A stretch of DNA of 64,000 nt from Octopus vulgaris (lineage: Eukaryota): assembly GCA_951406725.2 (NCBI GenBank), contig OX597815.1, forward strand, positions 212,226,001 through 212,290,000, in the 5' to 3' direction. Position 1 is the first letter of the stretch. The number at the start of each line of letters is the position of its first letter. Shown here piece by piece: positions 1-13,760 of the stretch. Under the pieces are notes generated by a model. That model was not told the origin of the DNA. It worked only from the letters and a program-made list of their open reading frames with translations, and ran no database searches. Position numbers and translations under genes: made by a program.

Positions 1-435
1 AAAACCAACAACAGAATTGCGATTACAACATATAAAACATTCTCAATAACAACCAAACAATAACATTTATGAAAACATCCTCTCCCATCCGACACTTTGC
101 AGAGCAGCATGTGTAGCAGCCGGCTTTCTCTTTTTTTTTTTCTTCCTAATGAGAAATGTTGTAATAGTAACAAGAGACAACGGCTGCATTTGTTAGTGAA
201 AGACGCCTACAAAAGGTAACCATCTCCCACTACCAACAAAACTGATCAATACAATCATTATTATTGGCAAAACCAAGAGATAGAAAGCAGGGTCTAAATG
301 ACCTACAAGCAAAGGACAAAACTAAGCTCATAAAAACAAAATAGTAATAATAATACTCAAGCTACCTATTCCTGCCTGACAACATATCTTAAACCACTCC
401 TACAGTCTATCATCCATTTTATTACAAACTTGATC

Positions 436-634
436 GTGTGTGTGTGTGTATATATATATTTATATATATGTATATATACACATACACACACACACACACA
501 CAATATTATATATATATATATATATATATAAACCACCCAGTACAGCAGAGATCATTCAACAGAACCTGTTATATTCTTCACTGCTATGGTATTATGAGAG
601 GTAACAAATGGTTAATCGTGCGTGTGTATGTATG

Positions 635-689
<55 letters not shown>

Positions 690-715
690 ATGGATAAATA
701 CAATATATATATATT
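436..715. repeat. (TG)n/(TA)n/(CA)n microsatellite cluster
   Basis: Direct inspection; explains ORF 438-731. Confidence 0.95.
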
Positions 716-909
716 GCTCAAGGATGGTTGAAAGATGTTAATTAACTGAAAGATTTCAGTACAGATGATAAAAAAACAATATCATTTACAATTTAGTTGC
801 TATGAAGTCTATAGGTAAACGAGTTCAAATTAAAGTGATCAAGAGAAAACTAGCAAAACTACTGATAATAGATACAACTGTATAAACCCCCACTAGACAA
901 TATGACTTT

Positions 910-1093
910 TTAAACCTTTAGTATTCACATTTCTTTGTGAAATATAATGCTTATTTATTCCCATTCTTTTGAATTAATCCTGCATTGTCTTGTAGTTTAA
1001 AGATTCCAATAATGTGATTGCACATTTTCAGAATGATATTGTAGGGAAGGTCTGAGAGATTGGATTTGGTCAGTTTAAATAATAAAGGGTTAA
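910..1093 (+). mobile_element. piggyBac-type MITE family 1 (TTAA-flanked)
   Basis: TTAA-ACCTTTAG...TAAAGGG-TTAA; body shared with copies at 2643, 19076, 31006, 34477, 46762. Confidence 0.75.
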
Positions 1094-2642
1094 AATATAT
1101 GAAAAGTAAATGCAGGTACAACCTAATTTTCTCTATTCATTTATCATTATCTGATCAACTTCAGTGTTTGAAATCAATTGTTTGAAATCAAACTGTACTT
1201 CATATCACTTTAGAAGAAGTTGTTTACCATCTTTATGCAACATGGGAAAGCTATCATAAAACAAGCATTTTAGGAAAGTGAAACTAAACATGAACACTAA
1301 CATAAGAATAAAAAAAAAACCTTTTGTAGTTTGGGAATCATTTACATAACTCACAAAACAATCAAGCAAACTAGTTTGAATTTACTGAGTCAAAACCAAC
1401 CAGGTAGGAAGCAATATTCAACATATATTTTGGAATAAAACTTAACTAAGTCATACTGTTAAGTGTCTAGTCAAGTATGAGTAATATAAGTTTTATGTAT
1501 CCTGAAGAGAAACATGCAACCTCCAACTGAAGAGGTGGAACTGAAGTGCTATAAAAAGACACTAGTCCATCTCTCGACTACTTAATGTAAGAAGAGCATT
1601 TCAGTTTGCTTATAGCATTGTGATACAGAAATGAAACAAGAAATAATGAAGGGGAGTTTCTAACAAAGCAGAAAGGGAAAGTTGAGTAACATCTTTAGAT
1701 TTCAAGCTCAAAAACTATTCACTATCAGAAGCAGGGCCTTTGTGCCTGGAATATATAAAGTTTACTCAATTTTACCTTTTAGTGTATATCCACTTAATAT
1801 CAAGTATCTCAAGATGACCCTCCAAGTTCCTAACTTTAACAGCCATTATAACTTTTTACAGACAGATTTAAAAAGCTAACACTGGATCAAGAACGAATTG
1901 TTTTTACAAATGAATATCCTTTGTACTACTAAACCATACAAAAGTCAAATTGAAAGTGAAACTTTCTTTCAACAAAGAATGTTGAAGAATTAATAGGTTT
2001 TGCTCATTTTACAAACATAACAGTAATTTCTTTTTTTTTTTTTTCAAATTGTAAATATATTTCAATTGTTAATTTGTTAAATATCATAATATTTTCAGCT
2101 TAATAAACTGAGTTAAACAAAAACTACAGATAAATTTGAACTTGGCAACCCCAAAGCCATACCCAGAAAATTTTAATTGTTTAACTGTCTTTTTTAGAAC
2201 TTAGGTTTAGTTTCAGCATACTCATGCTATATTTCCTGAAATTTTTTTTTTTTTTTAAATCTACTTGACTAAATTCAACTTAAAAGTACTAGTATCATAT
2301 TTTCTATGATTCTTTCTTCCTGTTTGTTCCTTCTTTATGATTTACAATTATTTGAGACGTTTGACTAGAATGCTTGGTCTCCATTTCAGCATATACAAGA
2401 CAACTTGAAACTGCATTTCTTATTGTAACATTTTGATAAAAATAATACAAATGAAATGATTAAACACAACACTAACAGAGAAAGCATATTGCATCACCAG
2501 AATTTCAGGTCATCACACTCTCAACGCTCCAATTCATAAGAGAACTGTTATCAAACTGACTTTTTAAAAAACTCCTTAAAAAAAAAACCCTAATGTCCTG
2601 TTAGTGCTAACACTAACTACATAATTTACATGCTAGTTCTTT

Positions 2643-2868
2643 TTAATCCTTCAACATCTAAAACAGCCATATCTGGCCCAAATATTCTCTGTTTTATGTT
2701 CAAACTGGCCAGATCCAGGTTCCCACACCTACCCTACAATATCATTCTAAAAATATACAAGTACATTATTGAAATATTAAATCTAAAAGATAATGCAGGA
2801 TTAATTCAAAACAAAGTGAATAAATAAGTATTAAATTTGACAGAGTAATCTGAATGCTAAAAGATTAA
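2643..2868 (-). mobile_element. piggyBac-type MITE family 1
   Basis: Reverse-complement copy with TTAA at both ends. Confidence 0.75.
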
Positions 2869-3302
2869 ATATGCAACAGATTTGAAGCAGAGAAAACACT
2901 AGACTGTACCGAATCCTCTAGTGTCCAACACGGGCAAGTTGTGAGAATTCTTGTGGGATAAAAGGCAATGTCAATCTTAGAAAGCTGAGAATGCAAAACT
3001 TTGATGCAGCAAAAATACAGCCTGATATCCAATGCAATCCTCTATCCTTTCCACTAGACTTTGTCATTGTCACAACAGAACGAGTGGACGACAGAAACGG
3101 TAATAGGCCACCACCTGCAGCTTTTTACATTCCGAAATAAAAAATTTTTCAAGGTTGACTTTGCCTTTCCTTTTTACAAGGTCAATAGAAGACATATCGA
3201 TTAAGTAAGTAGGATTGATTAAATAATGTATGGCTTTCTGCCAATATTAGAAACTGTTATACAAACAACAGCAAAAACAGAATCAGTGGTTTGCATACTT
3301 AC

Positions 3303-3331
3303 TCTGGCCATGTCTGTGAGAGATTTCCCTC
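3303..3331 (-). CDS. 29-nt micro-exon, probably same RhoGEF linker
   Basis: Very strong acceptor (tgtttcttctgttgtttttcttcttcag) and donor (gtaagt). Phase-0 reading EGNLSQTWP. All three frames are open, so the frame is not certain. Confidence 0.65.
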
Positions 3332-4149
3332 CTGAAGAAGAAAAACAACAGAAGAAACAATAAATAAACAATATTAATTCAGTTTACAGCAGGGCATCAC
3401 TTATTTAACATTATAATCAAAACCTTAATTATTTGAGTCACATTCGAATTACAAGTCAAAATCTCTACCTAAACATGATCAAAATGTTACAAAAAATGTA
3501 AAATAAATTTGCAAGCAAGGGAGTAAAGCTTATTAAACTCTCGGCCAATTTTTTGGAAAATAATGATAATGCTGTTAGGAGGAGATCTAGTCTTTAGTCA
3601 ACTGGAGAAAACAATGGGTATTTCAGTCTTATTAGATCTCATCAATGAAACGTTTCTACTTCGGTTAGGCATAGAAGTAACCACACACACACACACACAC
3701 ACACATACACACAATGAATTGGACCAAAAGAAAATATCCCATGAAGCATTCTACAAGACATGTAGTAGTACTAGTAGTAATGATGGTGATGGTGGTGGTG
3801 GTAGCAGTGCTGCCACCATCTTTGCAAAAAGTCGAGTGTTCAACCATTCTTCAGGTAATCTTTCTTCCAAGTCACTTGATGAAAATTCACATCAGTCAAT
3901 GTCAGACACTGAGGCATGCATGGAAGGAATAGATATTTTCATGCAGGTTATCAACTCCAAAACCTTATCCATCATTAACTTATCAATCAAATCATCGAAT
4001 AAGTTACCATTCAAAGAGTGATTGGCAGCTATTTTACAAAGAAAGTTTGGATTAAAAAAAAAAAAGTGTCTAAAAAAACAAAAATCACAAAAACTTAGCA
4101 ACCAGTGGGTTGATGTTAATAAATGTTACTGAATGTAAATATATGAGAT

Positions 4150-4456
4150 GAAAAGATGTCTCCTAGTGTGACCCTGGGCCAACTAGGACCTTGTGGGTGG
4201 ATTAACTGAGGAAAGCGCATTGCATGTGAGTGCACCCTTGTCTAGACATCAAGTGATGGTTACAAGTGAGCATCAGTGTCATATAAGTGAGACATTGTTC
4301 ATTTCCAATTATGTCTGGCCAAGAGGAAGATATTACCTTGCTTGGAAACAAGTGAAGGTTGGTGACTGGAAGGGCATCTGGCTGTAAAAGCTCTGATTCA
4401 ACAAATTCCATCTGACTCATGCAAGCATGGTCAAGTGGGTGTTTGATGATGATGAT
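4150..4456 (+). mobile_element. Same SINE family as 16891-17368 (5'-truncated, diverged)
   Basis: ATATTACCTTGCTTGGAAACA...GGAAGGGCATC...CATGCAAGCATGG...GATGAT. Confidence 0.65.
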
Positions 4457-4789
4457 CTAAGTTCAAATTCTACTGATATTTCATTTGTCTTTCATTCCAC
4501 TGAGGTCATTAAAATGAGTACCACTGACGTACTTTTGATTTAATTTTACTACACACCCACCTCTAAAATGTGTCTTTGTGCCTGAGTTAGCAACCGTTGT
4601 CGTCACAGACAGGAAGCTTTGATAATTTGTATATTGAATCCAAACGTATAGTATAATGGTTGCAGTTGAGACTTGCAAATAATATGGATATAGTTTCTTC
4701 ATAATCAAGTAACATAATACAAGAATATGATCCAAAAGCTCAACTTCACAAGCTGCTTTCGATTCTTAATACCCTTGAATACATTCCAG

Positions 4790-5128
4790 ACCAGTGTCTG
4801 CAATCAAGTTGTCGATGGAAGTGTGATGACATTTTCCTCTTCTTACATCACCATGAAATGGATTCCACAAAACTAATTTGGAAGCTTCCAGTTCAGGGTG
4901 GTACACGCAGCAACCACATAGTCACAGCCATCTTTGCCTGATCATCTCACTAACTTCTGGCAGGTCTCCATAAAGGCATTCATTTGTCGTGTGTTGTTAC
5001 CATTTACACATGTAGAGCCATTCACAGCATCCTTGTGTAGCCTGTTTAATAATTCCAATGCAGTGATGATGGACTGACAAATGTGGCAGGTGGACTTTGT
5101 TGCCTCAGCCATGATGATGATGATGATC
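4790..5128 (+). mobile_element. Degraded LINE 3' end (RTE-like) with (GAT)n tail
   Basis: Coding-like decayed sequence ending in a GAT repeat; weak similarity only. Confidence 0.4.
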
Positions 5129-5243
5129 TTGAAAAGGGTATGAATGTCTCCCAATCTAAATCTTCTTCTTCTTAAAAATTTGTAGCTCTCAGTTTCTAAA
5201 AATATATTGCACTACGTATCATTGAACAAAATAAGTATATCAA

Positions 5244-5577
5244 ATGGTGCTGGTGCCATGTAAAAAGCACTCAGTCCACTCTATGAAGTGGTTGGTATTA
5301 AGAAAGGCATCGTTACCAGCATCGCCTTACTGGCCCCTGTGCCGGTGGCATGTGTAAAAAGATTCGAGCAAGGTCATTGCCAGTAACGCCTGACTGGCCC
5401 CCTTGCCGGTGGCACATAAAAGCACCCACTACAATCTCGGAGTGGTTGGCATTAGGAAGGGCATCCAGCTGTAGAAGCTCTGCCAGATCAAGATAGGAGC
5501 TTGGTGCAGCCATCTGGTTCGCCAGCCCTCAGTCAAAATCGTCCAACCCATGCTAGCATGGAAGGCGGATGTTAAAC

Positions 5578-5611
<34 letters not shown>

Positions 5612-5740
5612 CAGTTGTAAAAAAAAAAACCTGCAAAAACAGACAATGAAGCCTGATGCAGTCTTCTGCCTAACCAGCTCTTGTCAAACCCTCCAACCCA
5701 TGCCAGCATGGAAAACAGATGTCAAATGATGACGATGATA
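5244..5740 (+). mobile_element. Two nested RTE 3'-end elements (younger 5313-5610 inside older 5244-5312 + 5611-5740)
   Basis: The older copy is split at GGCATC^CAG; both copies end in a (GAT)n tail. Confidence 0.75.
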
Positions 5741-6550
5741 AAACTCTTGAAAGTTTTTCAAATTTTCCGTGACACAGTCACGTGGAAACAGTGGCAAAAT
5801 CTCTCTGAAACCACACCCTACTTGAAAAAGGAAAAAAACAAAAAAAAAAAAGAAGAGACGACATAATAGGTACACCAACCAGGATGGTCACAGTCGAAAT
5901 ATCTTTGATTGTATGTCTATTCAATCATGGCTCGCTTGTGACTAAATGACAGCAACTGGAAGGATATCATGTCTCATTTGAACTCAATTGTTGTTACATC
6001 TACTTTGCCATATTACAATGGGGGACTAGCTTTACAAATCTGAATATCTGCAGGAGAGGGTTGTTTTGCCCCAAATCAACTGCTCAAACAGACTGTGACC
6101 ATCTTGTATTTCTCTAACTCTTTTTGGAGGTGGAGTTACCCAGCAACATAGCTACATTGTATCTGGAGTCACGTTATGCTGTTATTTTTTTCAAACAGTT
6201 AAAATATGGTCTGAAGATGATCTGGTGCTTATTTCTACAATGTCAAACAACAAGGTAAACGCTCCCTTTGTTGTCACTTTCTTCATAAATTATTAGAGCA
6301 GGTGTTAACTCTCCTTTCAATACTAAGATGAAAGTTGAGCTTATTTTGGGCGGGATAAAGACAAAACAGTTAACAAGTGTTTTATATTATATAAAGTACA
6401 ATCATTGAACAATACGACAAAATAGGAATTTTTTAAAAATCCAAAACATTTTCACCATCATTTACAGAGAAAGATGAAAGCAAAATAAAGACAAACTATC
6501 TGATTAAACTTCATAAAACCTTACCAAATTGGTAAAAAATTTGTGTTATA

Positions 6551-6617
6551 CCACAGAGCAGAATGACCACAGAGCAGAATGACCACAGAGCAGAATGACC
6601 ACAGAGCAGAATGACCA
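6551..6617 (+). repeat. Perfect 16-bp minisatellite x4
   Basis: (CCACAGAGCAGAATGA)4 CCA. Confidence 0.95.
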
Positions 6618-6659
6618 AATTATTTCAGTACATGTACGATCATAGAAATTATTATTTTT

Positions 6660-6963
6660 TTTATTCTTTTACTTGTTTCAGTCATTTGACCGCAGCCATG
6701 CTGGAGCACCGCCTTTAGTCAAGCAAATCAACCCCAGGATTTATTCTTTGTAAGCCTAGTACTTATTCCATCAGTCTCCCTCAGCCAAACTGCTAAGTTA
6801 CAGGGACATAAACACAACAGCATCAGTTGTCAAGCGACGCTGGGGGTACAAACACAGACACACAAACATATACACACACATACATATATATATACATATA
6901 TACGACGGGCTTCTTCCAGTTTCTGTCTACCAAATCCACGCACAAGGTTTTGGTCGGCCCGAG
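6660..6963 (-). mobile_element. SINE family A (5'-truncated)
   Basis: Tail and body match the family. Confidence 0.85.
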
Positions 6964-9749
6964 TAACTTATATAGTTTTGTGTAATACTGGAGTTATAAC
7001 ACCAAGTCATATGATTGGTAACAAGACAACCAGGTTTTAGTGTAACCGACCAGGCAGTGGGGCTTCTCCCACAGGTAATACAGAAATACTAAAACCAAGT
7101 ATTCTTAGATGTCTTTCAAAATTCAAGGGAAAATATTCAGGGGTTAAATAAATTAATCAGCCAAGCCAAATATGAACTATAAAACCAGTTTATTTACCTA
7201 TGGGATCCAGAAAGCAAGCAATCAAGAGTCATTTAAGGAGAAGAATGTGAAGTAGTAGAGTGATAAATAGTGTTTTATGTCAATGACTAAATATCAGTAC
7301 CCCTGTGGTGGTCAAAAGAATGAGTAGTATAAAGGGGTAAGATTGGTAGGTATAGCGCAACAAATTAATAAATAAAAGAAATATAGGTCAGATGAGCAGC
7401 TACTAGTGTTTCTTTCCTGACCTTCCTTGGGTATTTATTTCTTAGATGTTCTTCTTCACCCTGACCTCTTCTCATCTTAATTCTGACCTAAAAACTGACT
7501 GGAGAAATGTATCAGAATACTAAATAATTTTAGGAAAGTTGATAAGTAGAACGGTTTCAGAGAAGAAGCCCTTTTCTTGCAAGTGTTTCAGCCTTAAATC
7601 CTTTTCTGAAATTACAAAGAGTTTCAACTTCACATTTCACGCATTTGCAATCAATCTATCATACCACCATCATTACAGAAAATGACATTGTGTGGAAGAA
7701 AGGAATCAATATAAATTAGCATTCATAATCTAGGAAGAAAGCAAAAAAAGCCAAAAGAAAAAAAACCTGATTTCATATTAAGGCTTTGACAGAGAAATAG
7801 CAACAAGTAGGAATCAAAAACCAAGTCATGGATAGACTGCTCATCAAGAACTCACTCTCACAGACAATACAGAATCCTATTATAATTTACAACTGTGGAA
7901 CAAGATTACAAATGAGCAGGGAAGTAGTGTAGTGTAGCAAATTGCACTCACTACCAGTATATAACAGGTACTTGTAATAACAAAGCAAGAGAGATGAGAG
8001 GCAAAGTCAACTCAGAACATAAAGAGATATGATACTGCATTGTATTTCAGTTCCACTACTTCCGTTATCCCACCACCGCTGTCGTACTAAAAAGTTGGTA
8101 AGTTAGCTAACTAACTTTGTTTATAATACCTTGCTGTAATAATAAGTTCTTGCATAAATAGAATAATAAGGGAAATGAGATTGTATTGAGTCTATTCTAA
8201 AAAAAGCATTAGTCACATAACTGAACAAAATTAAATCATAACTAAAAATAGTAACTAGGCCACAAACTCAACTTGTTTAGAGCATATTCCGACTCTGGCA
8301 CATGCCACATCTGCCACAATAATCTTAGTAGCTGCACAGACACGGCTACATAAGCATTCCATCCCTACGGCAACCACCTAGATACCGATACCTGCTCTAC
8401 ACAAATAGACTAAGAGAAGCACCTAGCAAATCCACCTTCTCTCTCTCTCTCCTTAACAGCAATATTAAAAAACAAAATATAACTAGCATACTCAGCAACA
8501 TAGACATACCACAGGCATAGAAGACGAAATATTAGGAATTACCTGCAGTATTCACACACACACACACACACACAAGAAGGTAAAACAATACATACACACA
8601 TGAAGTAAGACAAGATAAAACACACGCACACACATACACACTCTCTCCAAAAGCATCCACAAGCATATCACATTTAGCAAAGAACAATATAATATATACA
8701 TTATGTCAGACTTGGTTGGGCCTCTGGGCCTCCACAAGTTACAATAAACTACAAAGAATATAGAAATACAACACTTCACAATATCATGGGCTGCACACAG
8801 ACTGCACATGATGAAAGAGAACCACTGAAGATGAGAGAGAACTAATCCATGTTGAAAGACCACCTTGATATGCAAGAAAGCTTTAATCCACATAATCCCA
8901 GTCTCTACAAAAGCACCAGGTGCATCCAACTCCACAAAGCCGATAGTACTACTAATTCTATGCAGTCCAGATTAAGAAGGAATAAAGCACAAACATTGCA
9001 GCAGTATCAGGGACCCCATAAGGGCCAAACAATGGACTTAGATGCACACAATCAAAAATATAGATGAAATAACAACTTATGGTATCCAAACCAAATCTAT
9101 ATGACCGGCCACTGCTATGACCACCAACAGAACTAACAAGTATACACAACAACCTACTTTTTTTTTTTTTTTTCAGATGATAGGATATGATCTGAGGAAG
9201 ATTTGGCTACTAAATCCAGCAGGCCAAGCAATCACATTAGATTCCTTTATGAGATCGACAGGTTTCATTGTAGAACAGAAGACAAACTAGGAAGTAAAAC
9301 ACAGAACACTTAGAGGCACTGCATTCAGCCTAAACAAAAATCTGCTAATTATAAACTGTGTGTAGCCTAGTGGTTAGGGTTTTGCACCCAATGTCATAAA
9401 GATTGTGGTTTTGATTCCTGAACCAGGCAGTGTGTTGTGTTTCTGAGCAGTCCACTCAACTGTAAAGGAGTTCCAGCAATAGCTGGGAAGTTAATCCTGT
9501 GACAAACTAGCATCCTGTTCAGTGGGGAGTGTTGTAATCTCAGCCATATGCCATGGGAACTGGGTTAAGATCCGGCTTAAGTCCTAAGGTTCATGAAAGA
9601 CTGACTGAATAATACATTAAACCAATCCTGGTTTTGCCAGAATGACCTGAGAGCCTAATATCTCCTACAACAACTACACACACACACATACAAACCCACC
9701 CTGAAATGGGATCAAAATAGTGCACACTCCATCACAGGTTGTCTAGACC

Positions 9750-9912
9750 AGTGATCTCAAAACCTTTTCTCATATGTGATACACTTATATTCTTCTCAGA
9801 ATTCAGTGGCACACCTGAACTAAAAATATAGGTTAAAAACTATATTCAGGTTACACTGTGGCACACCTAGCATCACCTCATGGGGCACCAGTGTGTTGTG
9901 ACATACTGGTTG
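9750..9912 (+). mobile_element. hAT-Charlie-like MITE
   Basis: Begins CAGTGATCTCAAAACCTTTT right after a GTCTAGAC target. Has GGCACACC subterminal repeats and ends ACTGGTTG; right end degraded. Confidence 0.55.
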
Positions 9913-10011
9913 CAGAGCAGACAATGAACAAAGTGAAATGAAATACTAAAAATGAAAGAACATCAGAACACGAGAAGAGAACAGTTTGTGAACATTACAA
10001 TTCAGCCCTTA

Positions 10012-10231
10012 CAAGAGGGGGCTGAAAAGTTCCTGGCTTTAAGGGCATTGCGAAAGGTCTGCTTGGAGGCCCAACCTTCCAAGTTCTTTAACAGGGTTTA
10101 GAAAAACCATAAGACCACTGCAATAAGTGTGTGAATCTGAGAGGGGAATATGTTGAATAAAATCATAATGAACAACTGATTCTCCTGTGCTTTCTTTTAG
10201 CCAAAAGCAAAGAACTTCTAAGCACCCTCAT
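10012..10231 (+). mobile_element. Mariner-derived non-autonomous element
   Basis: TA-flanked imperfect TIRs (GAGGGGGCTGAAAAGTTCCTGGCTTT / AAAAGCAAAGAACTTCTAAGCACCCTC). Interior encodes a mariner C-terminus-like CNKCVNLRGEYVE*. Confidence 0.8.
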
Positions 10232-10745
10232 TATATAATCCCTGCCACCACAATCACCATTTAGATATCCAGATATAGTTATTCCTTTCATTCGATCCAA
10301 GCAAAATAAGGAAAAAAAATAAAACAGTAGCAGCAACAATAACCTTGTTTGGGGATAGCAGACCAATGCTAAGTATAAGAGAATGGCTATGTCACATTCC
10401 AATCAAACCCAGCACTACTGTGGCCATAAGGAGAACCTACTTGGACGGAAGAAAATTCAACATGCCTTGTCTACCGTACTGCTTACCATCTCATAAACTA
10501 GAGCAGAGTCTGATTAAAAGAAGGTGTATCTGGGACAATGGATCTGTGGAATGCACCAAAGAGATGCTCAGTCAGGGATAACCTGGAGCTAAGCAACAAA
10601 CAGGCACACAGCAATAGACAGAACACTGGAAGAAACATGGCACTGATACACTGCATCCAGTAAAGTAATAGTCAAGCACTTCACTTCCCTTCAAATTAGC
10701 TGGGCTTCTGCCTAAATTAGAAACAACTATTTTTATTATTTTTAA

Positions 10746-11210
10746 GGCAGCGAGCTGGCAGAATGATTAACATGCCAGGCAAAATGTCTAGCGGCATTTT
10801 GTTTGTCTTTGCGTTCTGAGTTCAACTTCCACTGAAGTCAACTTTGCCTTTCATGCTTTTGGGGATCGACAAATTAAGTTCCAGTGAAACACTAGGGTCG
10901 ATGGAATCATCTAGGCTCCTCCCCAAAAATTTCAGACCTTGTGCTTTTACTAGAAAGGATTATTAATAATAATAATAATAATATTCAAGGCAGCAAGCTG
11001 GCAGAATCATTAGTACACTGGGCAAAGTGTTTAACAGCGTTTCGTCTATATGTTCTGAGTTCAAATTCCACTGAGGTCAACTTTGCCTTTCATCTTTTCA
11101 GGGTCAATAAATTAAGTACCAGTCTTTCAGTGGGGTCGATGTAATTGACTAGTCCCCTCCCTCCAAAAAGGTCAGGCCTTGTACCTTTAATAGAAAGAAT
11201 TATTATCATT
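10746..11210 (+). mobile_element. Two tandem copies of a second tRNA-derived SINE ((ATT)n/(AAT)n tail)
   Basis: Head GGCAGCGAGCTGGCAGAA...GAGTTCAA, body CTTTGCCTTTCATC..TT.GGGG, tail TAGAAAGGATTATT. Second copy starts at about 10989, in the first copy's tail. Other copies at about 13030-13200, 41935-42075, 42825-43000, 59035-59295. Confidence 0.85.
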
Positions 11211-11824
11211 GAGTGAGAGAGCAGCACATGCCATCAAAGTGACACTGAGGTATGAATATACAAAGCTCAATATACCCCTCGTGACTATCCATCAGAAAAA
11301 AAAAAAGGCACAGGATTCATAAATTTTAGACTAAAAATGCTTTTGTTGTCCAATGAAAACTGCATAATACCAGAACACTTTTCCATTTTTGTAGGTACAA
11401 GATATATATATCTAAATCGTTCTAATATTTTCAGGTTCAAATGCACACAAGAATTAATTGTAAATTATATTTCTCTCTCATCAATAGTATAAATTTTCGA
11501 CTCAATAAATAAAATAAAACTTTTGTATGCAGGGCCCATTAAAAATAAGCATGACCATTGCTTGGAAGTAACGGCACAAGAAAATCTACCTCAAATATAT
11601 TACAAAGCAATAATATTCATTTAAGCAATAAACAAATATAATTTTTCTTATAAAAAGATTAGTTTCTTTTACTCTTGAAATATCTAAAGTGTTTTAGAGA
11701 ATACCAATAAAATAACTATAACCCACAGACATCTTTGAATAATGTATATTGTAGATGGTAACACTTCAAGAATACTTGGATCAGTGATCCTTAAATATAA
11801 ACCAAAGAGAATTGGTGGGGAGGG

Positions 11825-12010
11825 CTTGCACCCTTGCTTGACAACCAGTGTCAATGTGTTTATGTTCCTGTAACTTAACAGTTCAGCAAAAGAGACCGAT
11901 AAAGAACCATGCTTCAAAAAAGTAAATACTGGGGCCCGTGCATTCAATTAAACTTTCAAGGCCCCAGCACAGCCATGGTCAAATGACTGAAACAAGTAAA
12001 AGATAAAAGT
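11825..12010 (+). mobile_element. SINE family A 3' part
   Basis: GCTTGACAACC...GCAAAAGAGACCGATA...CAAATGACTGAAACAAGTAAAAGA. Confidence 0.75.
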
Positions 12011-12182
12011 TATAGAATGTGCTCATTCCAAAGACAATAAGGGATGAATTGGTTGCCATTTCTAACAGGTGAAGTGATCACACATATATGTAGCTTTGTT
12101 AGTTCCTATTTAATGCATCACCTTGATATACAATTATATACTCAGTATGAACATCAGATTGGATATTAAAAAGCAAATTTAC

Positions 12183-12244
12183 CAGTGACCAGGCAGGGGC
12201 TGAAGAAGATCGTTTTGAACTATCCAAACATTTGGAAGATTGGA
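12183..12244 (-). CDS. Exon of same RhoGEF: Ser-rich linker
   Basis: Acceptor ttttctgttttctcattccag|TC and donor CTG|gtaaat; 62 nt (phase 1 to 0), in frame with previous exon: (V)QSSKCLDSSKRSSSAPAWSL. Confidence 0.7.
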
Positions 12245-12353
12245 CTGGAATGAGAAAACAGAAAAGTTAATTATTACACAAGAAATACACATAGTCACTA
12301 ATAAGACAAAAAATTAGTAACTGTCTTACATTTTGAATTTCTAAAAAAATCAT

Positions 12354-12582
12354 TTAATCCTTTCATTACCAACCCGGCTGAAACCAGCTCAGCATCTGTA
12401 GTACAAATGTCTTATTTTGATAAGTTTTGAATCAAAATCTTCCACCAAACTTTAGTCACAATTTATGTTCCTAACATCAGCTTAATGATAACTAAGTTAT
12501 TTTACTAAATTCCTTGTTATATTTAAAATAATTGAAAGAAATACAGAGCATCCCAAAATAAATACAGTAACAAAAGGGTTAA
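12354..12582 (+). mobile_element. piggyBac-type MITE family 2
   Basis: TTAA-TCCTTT...AAAGGG-TTAA; related copies at about 47070-47300 and 49095-49247. Confidence 0.7.
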
Positions 12583-13250
12583 AACTGATAAAATAATTTT
12601 ATCATACTTTTAATTCTTATAGATGAGAAAGACTTATTGGCGGCGGCAGGAAATGAATAATTAAACAAGTCTGTTTGGATTTCAGTATTAATATTTTATG
12701 AAACAATATTGTTATTTATCTAAAATATAAGAAATAAAAAGTGTAGCAGTAATCGGTAAGTTATTGTATAGAGTTATATAGATCGGGATAAACTCACAGA
12801 TCTACTTTTCCCCAAAGAAATGTAACTGCCAATTCAAAATGTCAACATTTCGAACGGAATTTGGCATTCTGCTGAATTAAAATGAAATTCAATGAGCATA
12901 TACAGCGAAGACTTTTATTATTAATGATTAAGATTACAGGAGCCAAGAATGGAAGATAAAAAAAAAAAAAGTTGCCTTCGAAGAATAGAGGCGATTCCAA
13001 ATAGACATATATGAAATATAAGGACTGAGCCTTTCTACTATAAGCACAGGGCCTGAAATTATTTGGCAGGGGCCATTGCATCAACCCCGGTATTTGACTG
13101 GTTCTTATTTTATTGACCCCCAAAAGATGAAAGACAAAGTCAACCTCAGTGAAATTTCATCTGAGACCATAAAACCGGAAGAAATGCAGCATAAAGATTT
13201 GTAAATGAAATGCAATATAACAAAATTTACAGCATATAATGGAAACTCAC

Positions 13251-13311
13251 CTGGAGCACTTGGATACTGCTTCTCTCGAAGACCATGATTGCTGCCTTCT
13301 TGAAGTGTTGC
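13251..13311 (-). CDS. Exon of same RhoGEF: linker after C1
   Basis: Acceptor ttcaattcttttaacag|GCA and donor CAG|gtgagt; 61 nt (phase 0 to 1), open: ATLQEGSNHGLREKQYPSAP. Confidence 0.75.
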
Positions 13312-13760
13312 CTGTTAAAAGAATTGAAAAGAGATGATATTTTATTTACAATAGCTGACAAGTCTATAAACAAAATATGGTTTACCTCCTCCAAAAAGAG
13401 CAAATTATTTTCAAATATTATAAATTATATAAGTTCAAGTTATGGAGTTTCTTATAACCCATTAGAACACCACTGAAGATTCTATCCCCATAGAGTGATA
13501 TCTGAGGCAAGTTAGTTTATCAAATGCCACCCCCTCTTCAAAAAGGAGTTGAACTCAGAACTAAAAGCAATGAAAACCATATATCAATTTTATTATGCCA
13601 CTTTCGCTTGCAGTAGAGGATTATTTCTACTTTGCAGAGATTAGGGCATTTAGCAGTTCAAGGCCTAGGCAACAGATACCAGGCAGAACTTAACCATTCC
13701 TATATACTATGTTAAACATAAAAATAAAAAGATGAAAATTGAAATGTTAATAAAAAAAAT

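Noticed and set aside
3563-4021. 152-aa plus-strand ORF
   Set aside because: Runs through (CA)n and (GGT)n repeats, is antisense to the host intron and has no recognisable domain.
7664-7729. Minus-strand exon candidate with strong pyrimidine tract
   Set aside because: Stops in all three frames and no other support.
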